NCBI GenBank assembly: GCA_963829055.1
Contig: CAWHHI010000018.1
Location: 38,786-102,785 of the forward strand
From: an uncultured Gemmatimonadaceae bacterium
GTDB taxonomy: Bacteria; Gemmatimonadota; Gemmatimonadetes; Gemmatimonadales; Gemmatimonadaceae
Length of the DNA stretch: 64,000 nt
Reading direction: 5' to 3'
The notes under the pieces were generated by a model. That model saw only the letters and a program-made list of their open reading frames with translations. It searched no databases and was not told the origin of the DNA. Within the stretch, counting starts at the first letter, position 1, and each line of letters begins with the position of its first letter. The translations under genes and the position numbers were made by a program. This document shows positions 21,410 to 31,775 of the stretch, one piece after another.

Positions 21410-23233
21410 ATGGGAACTTCGATAGCCGATTGCGGACCAGAGGCACGCGCACTCCTCGCGCGGCTCGCCACGCCATCCCGCAACCGATACTTCTACGGCA
21501 AGATGCTCGACGCGTACCACCTCGAGCTCGAGCAGCGCTACGGAAACACCAAGCGATGGTTGATCAACCGGCTCTCGCTCGGCTCGGGAATCCTGTGCGG
21601 GCTCGACGTCGTTGCCTCGTCCGACAACACGCGGCTGCGCGTGACATCGGGTGTGGCGATCGACGGGTTGGGGCGCGAGATCATCGTTCCGCAGGCAACC
21701 GCGCCGATCGATCCCAGTCAGCCGACGGACGACTGTGGCCGCCCGGACGGCGTCCCCATTCGCGGTGACGAGCGCGTCACTCTCGCTGTCTGTTACCACG
21801 AGTGCGAAGCCGAGCCGAGCCCGGTGATGATCTCCGAGTGCGGGCCGGAGCAGAGCTGTGAGAACGGACTCGTTCGCGAGCGGTATCGGCTGCGCATCAT
21901 ACGAGGAGACCCGGCGCCGCCCGGGTTCATCACGCCGGAGCAGTGCGCGCGGATCTTCGCGCAGCCGCCGCAGGGAGTGAGCCGCCGCGAGGTGGTGTGC
22001 GACACGCTCGACATCGACTGCGCCCCGCCCAATGAAACGTGTGTGCCACTTGCCGTCATCACGCTCGACGGGCGTGGCGGCATCGCGAGCATTCAGCGCT
22101 GTGCGTTCCGGCGCACCCTCTACAGCAACGCCGTGCTGCTCGACCTGATCCTCTGTCTCGCCTCACGCGTCGACCAATGCTGCGGCGGGCTCACGGTGCA
22201 GGCGATCATGATCGTCTCCGGGAACAACCAGAGCGGGAACGTGGGCCAGCCCCTCGCGCAGGCGCTGGTCGTGCGCGTGGTCGATGGCGGAAACCCCGTC
22301 CCGAACGAGCCAGTGACGTTCGAGGTCGTGCCTAACAACGGACTGGTCGGAGCCGCGGTCAACTCGCTGGCGACGTCCTTTACGACGAATACCGACGCCG
22401 GCGGGATCGCCGTCTGTCCGGTGTGGCAGCTGGGACCCGCGCCCGGGCCCCAGGCGGTCACCGCGCGAATCGCCGCGGGGACGCCGTCGCTCGTCACGTT
22501 CAACGCGCGGGCCGCGAGGGCGGTGGTCGATCTCCCCGTGGTGCGTGCGCTCTGGCCCACGAGCTCGGTGGCGCTGTCGGCAGCGAGCCCGGATCCGATC
22601 GTTAGGCAGTGGCTCACGACCTTCCTGGCGTCGCCGCGGTTCGAGATCACGTTCAACCACAAGATGCTCGAGGCCCAACTGCAGAAGCCCGACCCGTGGC
22701 TTCGCGTCTTCGTCCTGCGGCGACTGGCGGAGAATCAGGTCGATGTGCTGCGGATGCCGATCACCTACGCCGGGCCGGCCGCGCTGCCGATCCTCGGGCA
22801 GCCTGGATTCACCGAGGTCTACTCGCTCGGCCAGGCGAACACGCCGGCGGCAGGTGGCGGACTGTCGAGCGTCGGAGCCGGTGCCGGCGGAGCGTCCGGC
22901 GTCGCCGCCGCGATGGCATCGCTCGCCACTCCGGCCGTCGGGGCGGTTGCGGGGCCGCCAGAGATCCGGCTCCTCGTCCTCATGCGCGCCGAGTCGGGCA
23001 ACATCGTCGACACGTCGACACCGACCGCGCTCCTGCTCGACGCCGAGTTCCCCGGTACGCGCCTAACGTCGGTGCAGCGCGACCAGATCTGGCCCGTTAC
23101 CGCGGCGCAGCCGTTCCCGCAGACGGTGTGGGACGCACTGGTCGACACCGGCGCACGCCTCCCGCAGTCCGGAGACAACGTCGAAGGCGGACAATTCCAT
23201 GGTTGGTTCTCGATCGTGCTGCGGCAGGGCTAG
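21410..23233 (+). CDS. eCIS fibre-like paralogue C with bacterial Ig-like domain
   Basis: RNRYFYGKMLDAYHLELEQRY...LINRLSLGSGILCGLDV...VTSGVAIDGLGREIIV. Ig-like IVSGNNQSGNVGQPLAQALVVRVVD..NPVPNEPVTF...TDAGGIA..WQLG. Confidence 0.7.
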   Translation: MGTSIADCGPEARALLARLATPSRNRYFYGKMLDAYHLELEQRYGNTKRWLINRLSLGSGILCGLDVVASSDNTRLRVTSGVAIDGLGREIIVPQATAPIDPSQPTDDCGRPDGVPIRGDERVTLAVCYHECEAEPSPVMISECGPEQSCENGLVRERYRLRIIRGDPAPPGFITPEQCARIFAQPPQGVSRREVVCDTLDIDCAPPNETCVPLAVITLDGRGGIASIQRCAFRRTLYSNAVLLDLILCLASRVDQCCGGLTVQAIMIVSGNNQSGNVGQPLAQALVVRVVDGGNPVPNEPVTFEVVPNNGLVGAAVNSLATSFTTNTDAGGIAVCPVWQLGPAPGPQAVTARIAAGTPSLVTFNARAARAVVDLPVVRALWPTSSVALSAASPDPIVRQWLTTFLASPRFEITFNHKMLEAQLQKPDPWLRVFVLRRLAENQVDVLRMPITYAGPAALPILGQPGFTEVYSLGQANTPAAGGGLSSVGAGAGGASGVAAAMASLATPAVGAVAGPPEIRLLVLMRAESGNIVDTSTPTALLLDAEFPGTRLTSVQRDQIWPVTAAQPFPQTVWDALVDTGARLPQSGDNVEGGQFHGWFSIVLRQG

Positions 23234-23245
23234 GAGATCTCACTT

Positions 23246-24730
23246 ATGACGACAAGTCTTTGCGGATGCGGACAGAGCGCTGCCTCTCCCTGCGACGCCG
23301 CGAGCACCACCGCGCTGGAGCGAACGCGGTTCTTCGCCGGGCAGATCCTCGGCCCCGACGATCTGACGCAGGACCAGATGTACTTCCGCGAGAAGCATCG
23401 CCGCCACAACCGCATGCTCCACGGATGGGGCGTCGTGTGCGGCGCGTGTGTGCGGCGCGGGCAGACGAACTGCGAGGTGATCGTCGAGCCGGGGTATATC
23501 ATCGGGCCGTGGGGCGATGAGATCGTGATCGACCGCGATGTCGTCGTCGACCTCTGCCGCCAGGGCGCCGGTGAGCAGCTCGGCTGCTGTGGTGAGTCGC
23601 TCGACCCGTGGTGCAACGACACGCGGGCCGAGTGCCGCGAAGGGACGATGTACCTGGCCGTTCGTTATGCAGAATGCCAGGCGCGCCCCGTACGGTCGAC
23701 CGGTGGCGGGTGCGGGTGCGGGTGCGATGACGACGGCTGCGAGTACAGCCGCATTCGCGACAGCTTTGCGATCAAGGTCCTCCGCGAGCTGCCGAGCAGC
23801 TATGCCAATCCATTCCGGCAACCGCCGGTGTCCGACTTGATCCCGTGTCAGCGCGGCCGTGCGCGCACGTGTCCGCCGTGCCCAGCGGAGCCGTGGGTGA
23901 TCCTCGCCGACATCACGGTGGGGCCGGACTGTCAGGTGCGTGCGGTCAACTGCTTCGCGCACCGGCGGAACGTCGTGTCGTTCGCAAACTTCTTCTTCGT
24001 GTGCCCGCCGACTGGCGGAGGCAGCGCCCCGCCGGTCGGCATCACGCGCCCGTCCGGACTGAGTGAGACGCTGGCACGCATGTCGGGCGGGTCCGAGCTC
24101 GTCGACCTGCGCGGCGCATTCTCGGCCGAGGGTCCGCGTGCAACCGTGGCGCTCCGCAGGGAGGACGGCACAGCGGTGACGTTCCCGATGTTCTTCACCG
24201 TGACCGCCGGCGAAACGGTGGCGGATCTCCTCGAACGCGAAGGAGAACGCGAGTTCTACGACGCGGTGACGGACCGGACGCTCACGTTGCGCAATGTCTA
24301 CGTCGCCGCGCGCGTCGAGCCGAGCACAAAGCTCCACAGTTCGCTTGATGCGTTAGGCCAGCTCGAGGGGAAGACGCTCAACGTCGTGCTGCCGGGAGTG
24401 CCGGGTGCGCGCGAGACGCTTTCGACGCTACTCGACCCGAGTGGGTTGGAACGCCTCGATCAGGAGCATCAGGGTGATCCGGCGCGGGCGGGCCTGCTCG
24501 AGGCGACGTTGCTCGCTGGTGTGTCGTCCAAGTCGGAACTGGGGCGGCGGCTCGGAAGCCGGACCGTGGCCGAGGTGGCGGAGATGTCTCGGGCCGCTTT
24601 TCTGGACGAGGTAGTGAAGTTGGAGAAGATCCCGGAGAAGCGGCGGAAGGACGTCGAGAATCAGGCGGTGACGGTGTGGGCGGCGGCTCGCCGAGTGGTC
24701 GATGCAACGGGGAGTTCAGGAAGCCGATGA
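23246..24730 (+). CDS. eCIS fibre-like paralogue D, Cys-rich
   Basis: LERTRFFAGQILGPDDLTQDQMYFREKHRRHNRMLHGWGVVCG...VEPGYIIGPWGDEIVI. Many Cys residues. Confidence 0.7.
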   Translation: MTTSLCGCGQSAASPCDAASTTALERTRFFAGQILGPDDLTQDQMYFREKHRRHNRMLHGWGVVCGACVRRGQTNCEVIVEPGYIIGPWGDEIVIDRDVVVDLCRQGAGEQLGCCGESLDPWCNDTRAECREGTMYLAVRYAECQARPVRSTGGGCGCGCDDDGCEYSRIRDSFAIKVLRELPSSYANPFRQPPVSDLIPCQRGRARTCPPCPAEPWVILADITVGPDCQVRAVNCFAHRRNVVSFANFFFVCPPTGGGSAPPVGITRPSGLSETLARMSGGSELVDLRGAFSAEGPRATVALRREDGTAVTFPMFFTVTAGETVADLLEREGEREFYDAVTDRTLTLRNVYVAARVEPSTKLHSSLDALGQLEGKTLNVVLPGVPGARETLSTLLDPSGLERLDQEHQGDPARAGLLEATLLAGVSSKSELGRRLGSRTVAEVAEMSRAAFLDEVVKLEKIPEKRRKDVENQAVTVWAAARRVVDATGSSGSR

Positions 24731-25383
24731 GCAAGCTCGAGCCTCACGGCGGACCGGTCGGGCGAACGCGTTGACATCGTCGCGTTGTCACACGTTAGGC
24801 ACCGTGAACGCGCCGACATGACCGTTCGTCGGGGCCGCCACACTGCGTCTGTCGGGGCCGTCACTCGGTAGGACCAAAGGGCAATGTCGACGGAGAGCCG
24901 GAGTTGGCACTGTGCGTGCGAACTCGTTCACCGACAGCTGACTGGGTTTCATCCGCTGCGTTTCGTGTGAGGCCATCCCACGCTGGGAGGCACGTGTTCT
25001 TTCGTCAAACGGCGGTGCTGAGGTGGGCGCGGTGTCGCTCGCCGCCTCAGGTGACATACCCGTCCTGAGTGTCTCACGCCGGGCGGTGAGCAGAGGGACG
25101 CCGCGAGCAGCGTTCGGCCTCGTACATGGCCGACATGCTCCAGCAGCTGTCAGCGGTGACGCTCTCGCCCACGGACTGGGCTCGGGTAGCAGATGCCGAG
25201 TCCAGTCCGTCTGCGGGCTCCTGCCAGGCGCGGTGCGCAGTGGCTGGCGCTCCATCCAACGATTCGGGGGCAACCACGCAGCTGGTCGAGTAGTCGTTAG
25301 GCGCGATGTCCAAACGCACCAGGACGGCGCAGTCGAAGCGATTTGCAGATCCCGATCGGCCACTTCTACGTTGAGGGCTAACC

Positions 25384-26664
25384 ATGGCCGCTCTGTCGGA
25401 TTCGCTCGCGGCGTTCGTCACGCCCGACGCAGTACGCACCGTCGCTACTCGACTGGGGGAATCGGAGGCCGCGGTAGCGTATGGGCTCGACGCCAGCCTC
25501 AGTTCTGTTCTTGCCGGCCTCGTCACCGGCGACGCGGGAGTGATTCGTCGGGCGTTCACCCTGATTACGAGCCGCGACGCCGGCGCCGGGCCGAGCGATA
25601 TCGGCGAGCTGGCGCGGGGGATGTCGAGCGAGCCCCTCACGGCCGGCCTGTCCCGCGACTTCCTGTCCGCGCTCTTCGGTGGGCGCACGAGTCAGGTAGC
25701 CGATGTCATCGGTCGCACGGCCGGCCTCACGCGTCCTTCATCGAGCACGTCGATTCTCGGGCTGGCCGCACCGATCGTGCTCGGATTCCTGAGCAAGCGA
25801 GTCAACGGCAGTGGCATGGGAATCGGGGCCTTCACCAAGACGCTCGCCGCGGAGCGAGCGGACGTCCTTGTGCGCGCGCCTATCGGATTACGGAGCATCC
25901 TCGACGTCCCACCGGCGATAGTGTTTCAGGGCGCTCCACCGGCGTCGCGGCGTGGTGCGCAGGCGGCGGCGTCGGTGCGACCACCCGAATCGAGCGGGCA
26001 GCGTCGATGGGTGTGGCCGCTGGTCGCAATGAGCGCGATCGCGCTGCTATGGGTCTTGCTCGGGCGGGATCGCTCGCCGCAGCCAGTCGCGGTGGCCATC
26101 GACTCCGCGGTGATGTCCGCCGCCGGCCCGGATTCGATCTTGGCCCCTGCGGCACTCACGGTGGATACGGCAGCCGGCCTGGTCGCCACCTCGGCCCGTG
26201 ATCTCGGCACGATCGCCAAGCGGACGTTGGCGTCTGGCGTGGTGCTCAACGTAACGGAACGCGGAATCGAATCGAGTCTCATCGCCTTCATCGAGGATTC
26301 GTCGCGTCCGGTGAACGATACCACGTGGTTCGAGTTCGATCGACTCAACTTCGCGACATCGTCGGCGACGATTCTCCCAGAGTCACAGGAGCAGCTCGGC
26401 AATATCGCGGCCATACTGGACGCCTATCCTAACGTGACGGTCAAGATCGGCGGATACACCGACAACAGCGGAGACAGGGCGGCGAACAAGCGTCTCTCGC
26501 AACAGCGCGCCCAATCGGTACGACGCGCGCTGGTCGACAAGGGAATCGCTCCGTCGCGGATGGTCGCAGAGGGGTATGGGGACGCGCATCCGGTGGCTGA
26601 CAACGCCTCGGAGGACGGACGCGCCCGCAACCGGCGCATCGCGGTGAGAGTTACCTCGAAGTAG
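25384..26664 (+). CDS. DUF937-TM-OmpA family peptidoglycan-binding protein
   Basis: N-terminal DUF937-like helices, TM WVWPLVAMSAIALLWVLL, OmpA motifs LNFATSSATI, IGGYTDNSG..NKRLSQQRAQSV, GRARNRRI. Confidence 0.9.
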   Translation: MAALSDSLAAFVTPDAVRTVATRLGESEAAVAYGLDASLSSVLAGLVTGDAGVIRRAFTLITSRDAGAGPSDIGELARGMSSEPLTAGLSRDFLSALFGGRTSQVADVIGRTAGLTRPSSSTSILGLAAPIVLGFLSKRVNGSGMGIGAFTKTLAAERADVLVRAPIGLRSILDVPPAIVFQGAPPASRRGAQAAASVRPPESSGQRRWVWPLVAMSAIALLWVLLGRDRSPQPVAVAIDSAVMSAAGPDSILAPAALTVDTAAGLVATSARDLGTIAKRTLASGVVLNVTERGIESSLIAFIEDSSRPVNDTTWFEFDRLNFATSSATILPESQEQLGNIAAILDAYPNVTVKIGGYTDNSGDRAANKRLSQQRAQSVRRALVDKGIAPSRMVAEGYGDAHPVADNASEDGRARNRRIAVRVTSK

Positions 26665-26709
26665 GCGATGCCCGTCTACGAAGGCGCTGAGATGCCTGCT
26701 GGCGCAACC

Positions 26710-27700
26710 ATGTCTACAATCCTCGAAGGTCTCACAAAGGCACTTTCATCCTCGGCAACGCGAGACATTGCCAAGGCAGTCGGACTCAAGCCTGAGCTGG
26801 TTACACAAGGCATGGGGGTCGTCGGGCCGTTGATCGCAACTGCTCTGGCCAATAAGGCATCAACGGCCGGCGGAGCGGTCGATCTGATGCAGCTTCTCCC
26901 CGAAGGCGGCACGAGCGCGTTGCTCGGAAATCCTGCGAATCTGGTCGACGGCGGCATCGGTGATACGGCCGTCTCGTCGATCCTCGGCAGTGGTGCCGGC
27001 GCGATCGGTGCGACGCTGGACCGAGCGCTTGGCTTCAAAGCGAGCTCCCTGCTCGGCTTCGCCGCGCCACTCGTCCTCGGCTTGATCGGCAAGATCGCGG
27101 GCGAGAAGAAGCTGGACCCGGCGGGCCTGGCGCAGCTACTCGCCGGCGACGCGGCTGACTTCGAGAAAACGGGCGGCGAGACCGCACGCCTTGTTCGACT
27201 AGCGGTCGACGCAGGTCACCAGGCAGCAAACGTCAAGGCCAAGTACACGCCGGTGCAATGGGAGCGTGTCCGACTCGCGCCAGTCGCCGCGGCGTACGTC
27301 GTGATGATGGCAGACAAGTCGGGACCTGTTGGCGCAATGAACGGAGATGCGCGCTGCGAACGGTGCGATCGACGATGCCAAGAAGGTCGCATCGCCGACC
27401 TCGGTGCTCAGCCTCGCGTTCGACAGCGACTTTTCGGTCGAGGAGCTGAGCAAGTTCGCGAGGGGACGAACCAACGCCGACGCACTGCGAACCGTGCGTG
27501 AAGCGATGGAAGTTGTGACGCGGAATAGTCCGGCGGACGTATCGACGTATCGCCGACTGGTCGCGGACGTCGCGAGTCAGGTCGCGAGTGCGTCCAGGGA
27601 GGGCGGCGTCCTCAGGTTCGGCGGCACGCACGCAAGCGCGTCGGAGCGGGCGGCGCTGGACCAGTTACGAAGCGTGATTGGCGACCGCTACGGACGTTAG
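26710..27700 (+). CDS. DUF937-like protein (frameshift near 27345)
   Basis: Similar to the N-terminus of the preceding gene (SSLLGFAAPLVLGLIGK). C-terminal VASASREGGVLRFGGTHASASERAAL. Confidence 0.65.
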
Positions 27701-27754
27701 GTCGGCCGAACGTCCACATGGACACGCGATGAACGGCGATCTTGACGCCAATCA

Positions 27755-28462
27755 TCATTTCGTCCGATGACGATCGCGCCGCACGTCGGGTCGCCCGTAA
27801 ACCGCAGCGGACGATTCTGTTCGGACATGTAGACCTCGACGCCCTTCACGTTCGTGGGCGTGTACGGTCCCTCGGCTGGCCGACCCGGCGTTAGGTCGGT
27901 CGGCGCTCCCATTTTCGTGTTCCACTCGAAGCCGTCCACGAAGAACGTGGGCTGACAGTATGCGGGCGGGCTCGGCGGGCTGCTGCTCCAACTGCTCGTT
28001 GCGTATGCACGTGACGGACGCGGATCGACATCGTTCATCGAATCCATCCCAGCGTCCGGCGTCGCGATCGATGCGGTACCTGGCCGTCGTCACGACACGC
28101 GGAAGCGTGACGACGGGTTCCATCACCTCGGTGATCGGCGTGGTATCGGCGCGGTTCACGACGATCTGCTTCAGCTGGTAGCCGAGGCGGCGCAGCTCGA
28201 TGAATGCGGCCGCGCCGCGGAACGTCAGGTAGTCGAGACGGACCGTGCCCGTGGCTGTCGTCACCGCATACGTGCCACTGAACACGTCGCGAACCTGAAC
28301 GTCGGGCAAAGGCGCGCCCGTTCGCGAATCGAATACGCCGATGAGCCGAGGCGCCGGGGCACGACTGGAATCGGCCGTCTGTGCCACGCTCCTCACGCTG
28401 ATCACCGCGACGAGTGGAACGGCGGCGAGAAGATGTGGCAGAACGGCGCGGGATCGCTTCAT
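27755..28462 (-). CDS. Exported carboxypeptidase-regulatory-like / TonB-plug-like protein (frameshifted)
   Basis: Signal peptide, GVFDSRTGAPLPDVQV, RRLGY. C-terminal CQPTFFVDG...VKGVEVY...CGAIVI(W)TK. Confidence 0.6.
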   Translation of the reverse strand: MKRSRAVLPHLLAAVPLVAVISVRSVAQTADSSRAPAPRLIGVFDSRTGAPLPDVQVRDVFSGTYAVTTATGTVRLDYLTFRGAAAFIELRRLGYQLKQIVVNRADTTPITEVMEPVVTLPRVVTTARYRIDRDAGRWDGFDERCRSASVTCIRNEQLEQQPAEPARILSAHVLRGRLRVEHENGSADRPNAGSASRGTVHAHEREGRRGLHVRTESSAAVYGRPDVRRDRHRTK

Positions 28463-28484
28463 GCGGCGACCAGCCGGCGGCCGC

Positions 28485-31172
28485 TCATTCCGATCGAATC
28501 ACGGACATGGGATTGACACGTCTGGCGCGCAGCGCCGGCCCCACGCTCGCGGCCACAGCCACGAACAGCATACCTAACGCGACCGCCGCATAGACCGGCA
28601 GCGATCGCGCGGACTCGTGAAAGAGCAGAGGTTGGACGAGCGGGGACAGGATGGCGGCACCCCCGATCGCGATGGTCACGCCTACCACACCGAGGATGGC
28701 GCCCTGTGTGCCAACGAGCGAGAAGATGTGTCGTGTCTGCGCGCCGAGCGCGATCCGAATTCCGATCTCGCGTGTTCGCTGTGTGACGCTGTACGCGACG
28801 ACACTGTACACGCCCAGTGCGGCGAGCACGAGCGCCAGCGAACCAAACACGCCGAACATGGTGGCTCCAAGCTTCCACGGCCGCTGCTCGGGCGCGAGGC
28901 GCGACTGCATGGTCCAGACGGTGGCGGTCGGCGCGCTGGCATCGCTTCCCTGTATGACCGTGCGAATCCGCGCAAGCGTGGATGCCGTCGGCGCCGGGAC
29001 GCGTGCGAGCACGACGCGAGCGACGATGGCGCGGCGTCCCTGACTGAGCGGAACGTACACACGCGGAATAGGCGGCCCCTCGTCGTCGATCGCCGACTCA
29101 CGCGTGTCCTCGGCTACTCCGATAATGCGAAGGCATGGCATTGAGTCCGCACCGAGCCGGAGGCAATGACCGATCGCGTCGCCCGCTGGCCAGAACGTTC
29201 GTGCGACAGTCGTCGGCACGACGATCACGCGCTCGGCCGTTGTATGATCGTCGGCGTCGGTGAACTCTCGCCCCTGCACGATCCGCGTTCCGATCGTCGA
29301 GAAGTACGAGCGCGTCGCTCCGCTGACGTTCACGACCGAAATTCTCGAGGAGTCGTCCAGGTGGTCGGGCACCCGCAGCGGCGCGCGCATGTGCCAGTCG
29401 AACGGAACACCGTCGGCGACGACCGCACTCGAGACGCCGGGAAGTTGCGCGACTCTCGCCGCTAGATCGGCGAACAGAGCGTCCGCGGTAGCGTCGGACG
29501 CGCGAAGCGTCCTGGAATCGAGCGACACGACTACTGTCCGTTCGGGATCGAAGCCGAGTGGCACCCCGCGGATGTTCGTTAGGCTTTTCACGAATAGCAA
29601 CGTTCCGATCAGCAGCAACGCGGACAGCACTGTCTGTGTCACGACCAGCGCCGAGAGCAGCCGCTGTCGGTGCAGGCCGCCCGTCTGACGTCCTTCGCCC
29701 AGTGTATGCGCGACGTCCACTCGGCGGAGCAGGGAAAGGGCCGGCACGAGCCCGGTGGTCGCACCCGCAAGGACCGCTGCGGCGGTAATGAAGCCGGCGG
29801 TCCGCACGTCGACCAGACTGCCATCCCAGACGAAGCCTTCGAGGAGCACGCTTCGCATGAGTGCCCCTCCGGCTGTCGCGACGAGGAGTGCAGCCGCGCC
29901 GGCGAGCAGCGACAGCAGTATCGATTCGGTGAGCACCTGCGCAACGAGGCGTGATCTCGAGACGCCGAGCGCCATGCGGATCGCGATCTCCCGTTGGCGC
30001 CTAACGGTGCGCGCCAGCACGAGATTCGCGGCGTTGGAGCACGCGATCAGCAGCACCAGGAGTGAGACCGCGCCAAGGAGTGACGCGACCCGCGCTTCGG
30101 GAGAGAGCGACTCCTCCTTGTAGGGAATAATCGAATGCATCTCGATGTTCATGGCCGCCGTATCCGCGTTCACGCGTTGCGATTCGGCGGTGCGGACGAT
30201 CGTGGCGGCGCGGCTCGCCACCAGATCACGAGATGCGCCTGGTGAGACGCGAACTACGGCGAACAGCCAGCGAGCCGCCGTCGTTGCCCACCGCGGGCCC
30301 AGGAATGTCAAGCGGCCGCCAAGGGTCAGCGGTAGCCAGAGGTCCAGCGGGCGTGTACCCGGGCCGTTGAATCCTTCGGGCGCAACGCCGACGACGCGCA
30401 CACGTTCCGACGCGACGCTGACTTCGCGCCCGATGACTGTCGAGTCGCCGCCGAACTGACGTTGCCAGAATCCGAAGCCGATCACCGCGGCGAGCTGACC
30501 GTCAGGCAACCGAGCGTCATCGTCGGAGAGCAGGCGACCCAGGGCGGGTCGAACGCCTAACGTGCGGAAGTATGACCCATCCACGAACACGGACCGGGCG
30601 GTTGCAGCATCGCTACCACGGCCCACGTTCAGCTGCGTGGTGAAGCTCTGCATGGCGACGGACGCCACCGGCGACAGATTGTCGCGCAGCGCAACGACCG
30701 TCGCGAGCGACATGTTCTCTGTTGTTCGAGGGCGAACGGTGTACACCGCTTCCGGTGCCGAGATCTGCGCCGGCGCGCGGAGCAGGAGTCGGTCGAGCAC
30801 ACTGAACATCGTCGCGTTCGCGCCGATGCCGAGCGCGAGCGCGGCGACCGTTCCGAACGCGAAGCTCGGCGACTGACGGAACTGTCGCACGGCGACCGCG
30901 AGATCGGTCCGGATCGCGTCGAAGCGTTCGAGCATCCCGAGGCGTCGCTCACGGTGCCGTGCCGCGGCGAACAGCGCGTCTCGTTCGGTCGTGGCATCGC
31001 CGAATCGGCGCTTGGCTTCTTCGGTGGCGTCGTGCAGCGACCAGCCACGTTCAACCAAGGCGTCGATTCGTTCCTGCAGATGGAACGCGATCTCGTCGTC
31101 GACTTCTCCGGCGACGAGGTCCGACCGTCGCAACGCGAGGCGGAATGCTGCGCGGACCTTTGGCGGCAGCAT
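28485..31172 (-). CDS. ADOP-family duplicated ABC permease (MacB_PCD/FtsX x2)
   Basis: EVDDEIAFHLQER, LALGIGANATMFS, LLIACSNAANL..RQREIAIRMALG, YSVTQRTREIGIRIALGA. Confidence 0.93.
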   Translation of the reverse strand: MLPPKVRAAFRLALRRSDLVAGEVDDEIAFHLQERIDALVERGWSLHDATEEAKRRFGDATTERDALFAAARHRERRLGMLERFDAIRTDLAVAVRQFRQSPSFAFGTVAALALGIGANATMFSVLDRLLLRAPAQISAPEAVYTVRPRTTENMSLATVVALRDNLSPVASVAMQSFTTQLNVGRGSDAATARSVFVDGSYFRTLGVRPALGRLLSDDDARLPDGQLAAVIGFGFWQRQFGGDSTVIGREVSVASERVRVVGVAPEGFNGPGTRPLDLWLPLTLGGRLTFLGPRWATTAARWLFAVVRVSPGASRDLVASRAATIVRTAESQRVNADTAAMNIEMHSIIPYKEESLSPEARVASLLGAVSLLVLLIACSNAANLVLARTVRRQREIAIRMALGVSRSRLVAQVLTESILLSLLAGAAALLVATAGGALMRSVLLEGFVWDGSLVDVRTAGFITAAAVLAGATTGLVPALSLLRRVDVAHTLGEGRQTGGLHRQRLLSALVVTQTVLSALLLIGTLLFVKSLTNIRGVPLGFDPERTVVVSLDSRTLRASDATADALFADLAARVAQLPGVSSAVVADGVPFDWHMRAPLRVPDHLDDSSRISVVNVSGATRSYFSTIGTRIVQGREFTDADDHTTAERVIVVPTTVARTFWPAGDAIGHCLRLGADSMPCLRIIGVAEDTRESAIDDEGPPIPRVYVPLSQGRRAIVARVVLARVPAPTASTLARIRTVIQGSDASAPTATVWTMQSRLAPEQRPWKLGATMFGVFGSLALVLAALGVYSVVAYSVTQRTREIGIRIALGAQTRHIFSLVGTQGAILGVVGVTIAIGGAAILSPLVQPLLFHESARSLPVYAAVALGMLFVAVAASVGPALRARRVNPMSVIRSE

Positions 31173-31173
31173 G

Positions 31174-31500
31174 CTAGGCAGTCGCCGGGGCGCCGAGGAT
31201 TGCGGTCACCGTTGCGGCGTATCGGTTCCACCGAGCGGCTTCCGCGCGGAGCTCGGCCTGGCCGGCTTCGGTGAGATGATAGAACCGCGCACGCCGATTC
31301 TTCTCCGTGATTCCCCACGCCGGCTTGACCAGGCGTCGTGCCTCTAGTCGGTACAACGCCTGGTACAGGGCGCTGTCGACCAGCTCGAGGTTGCCCTTCG
31401 CCTGTCGCTCGAGCCAGTCGGTGATGGCGTAGCCGTGCATCGGCCCGCTCGTGAGCGCTTTGAGCACGAGGACCTCGAGGTTGCCTCGAAGGATGGGCAT
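31174..31500 (-). CDS. PadR-family transcriptional regulator
   Basis: LRGNLEVLVLKAL..GPMHGYAI...LYQALYRLE...WGITEKNRRARFYHLT. Confidence 0.93.
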   Translation of the reverse strand: MPILRGNLEVLVLKALTSGPMHGYAITDWLERQAKGNLELVDSALYQALYRLEARRLVKPAWGITEKNRRARFYHLTEAGQAELRAEAARWNRYAATVTAILGAPATA

Positions 31501-31525
31501 GGGATCGAACACGTGATCAGAACCC

Positions 31526-31546
31526 TCTATACAGGTACTGTACAGA
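31526..31546. promoter_or_regulatory. Candidate PadR operator (imperfect palindrome)
   Basis: TCTATACAG-gta-CTGTACAGA, AT-rich, just upstream of the padR-like gene. Confidence 0.35.
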
Positions 31547-31775
31547 ACGACTCCACGCGCGCGTTGTCAAGTGCGATGAGGCTTTAAGCCAATGGCGAAC
31601 ACCGTCGGGCCACGCGGCGTTAGGTGCCCGCAGCCGAGTGCCGCGACATGCTCCATTGAGGAAGCACACACCTTCCTTTCGGCATCGCTCTTCACCGTGC
31701 TTGCCCCGTCGGCGACATTTCATGGCTGGTCGCATCTGGTTACGCTATCTCAGCCGTTCTGGTCCTCATTTCCGC

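Noticed and set aside
4369..24730. Prophage or type VI secretion system
   Set aside because: No head, terminase, integrase or replication genes, and no TssJLM, TssK or ClpV. A DUF4255 cap and eCIS gene order are present.
24730..25383. ORFs 24788..25363(-) and 25023..26201(+) in the gap after the eCIS
   Set aside because: Arg/Ala/Pro-rich translations typical of GC-rich shadow frames, with no recognisable motif.
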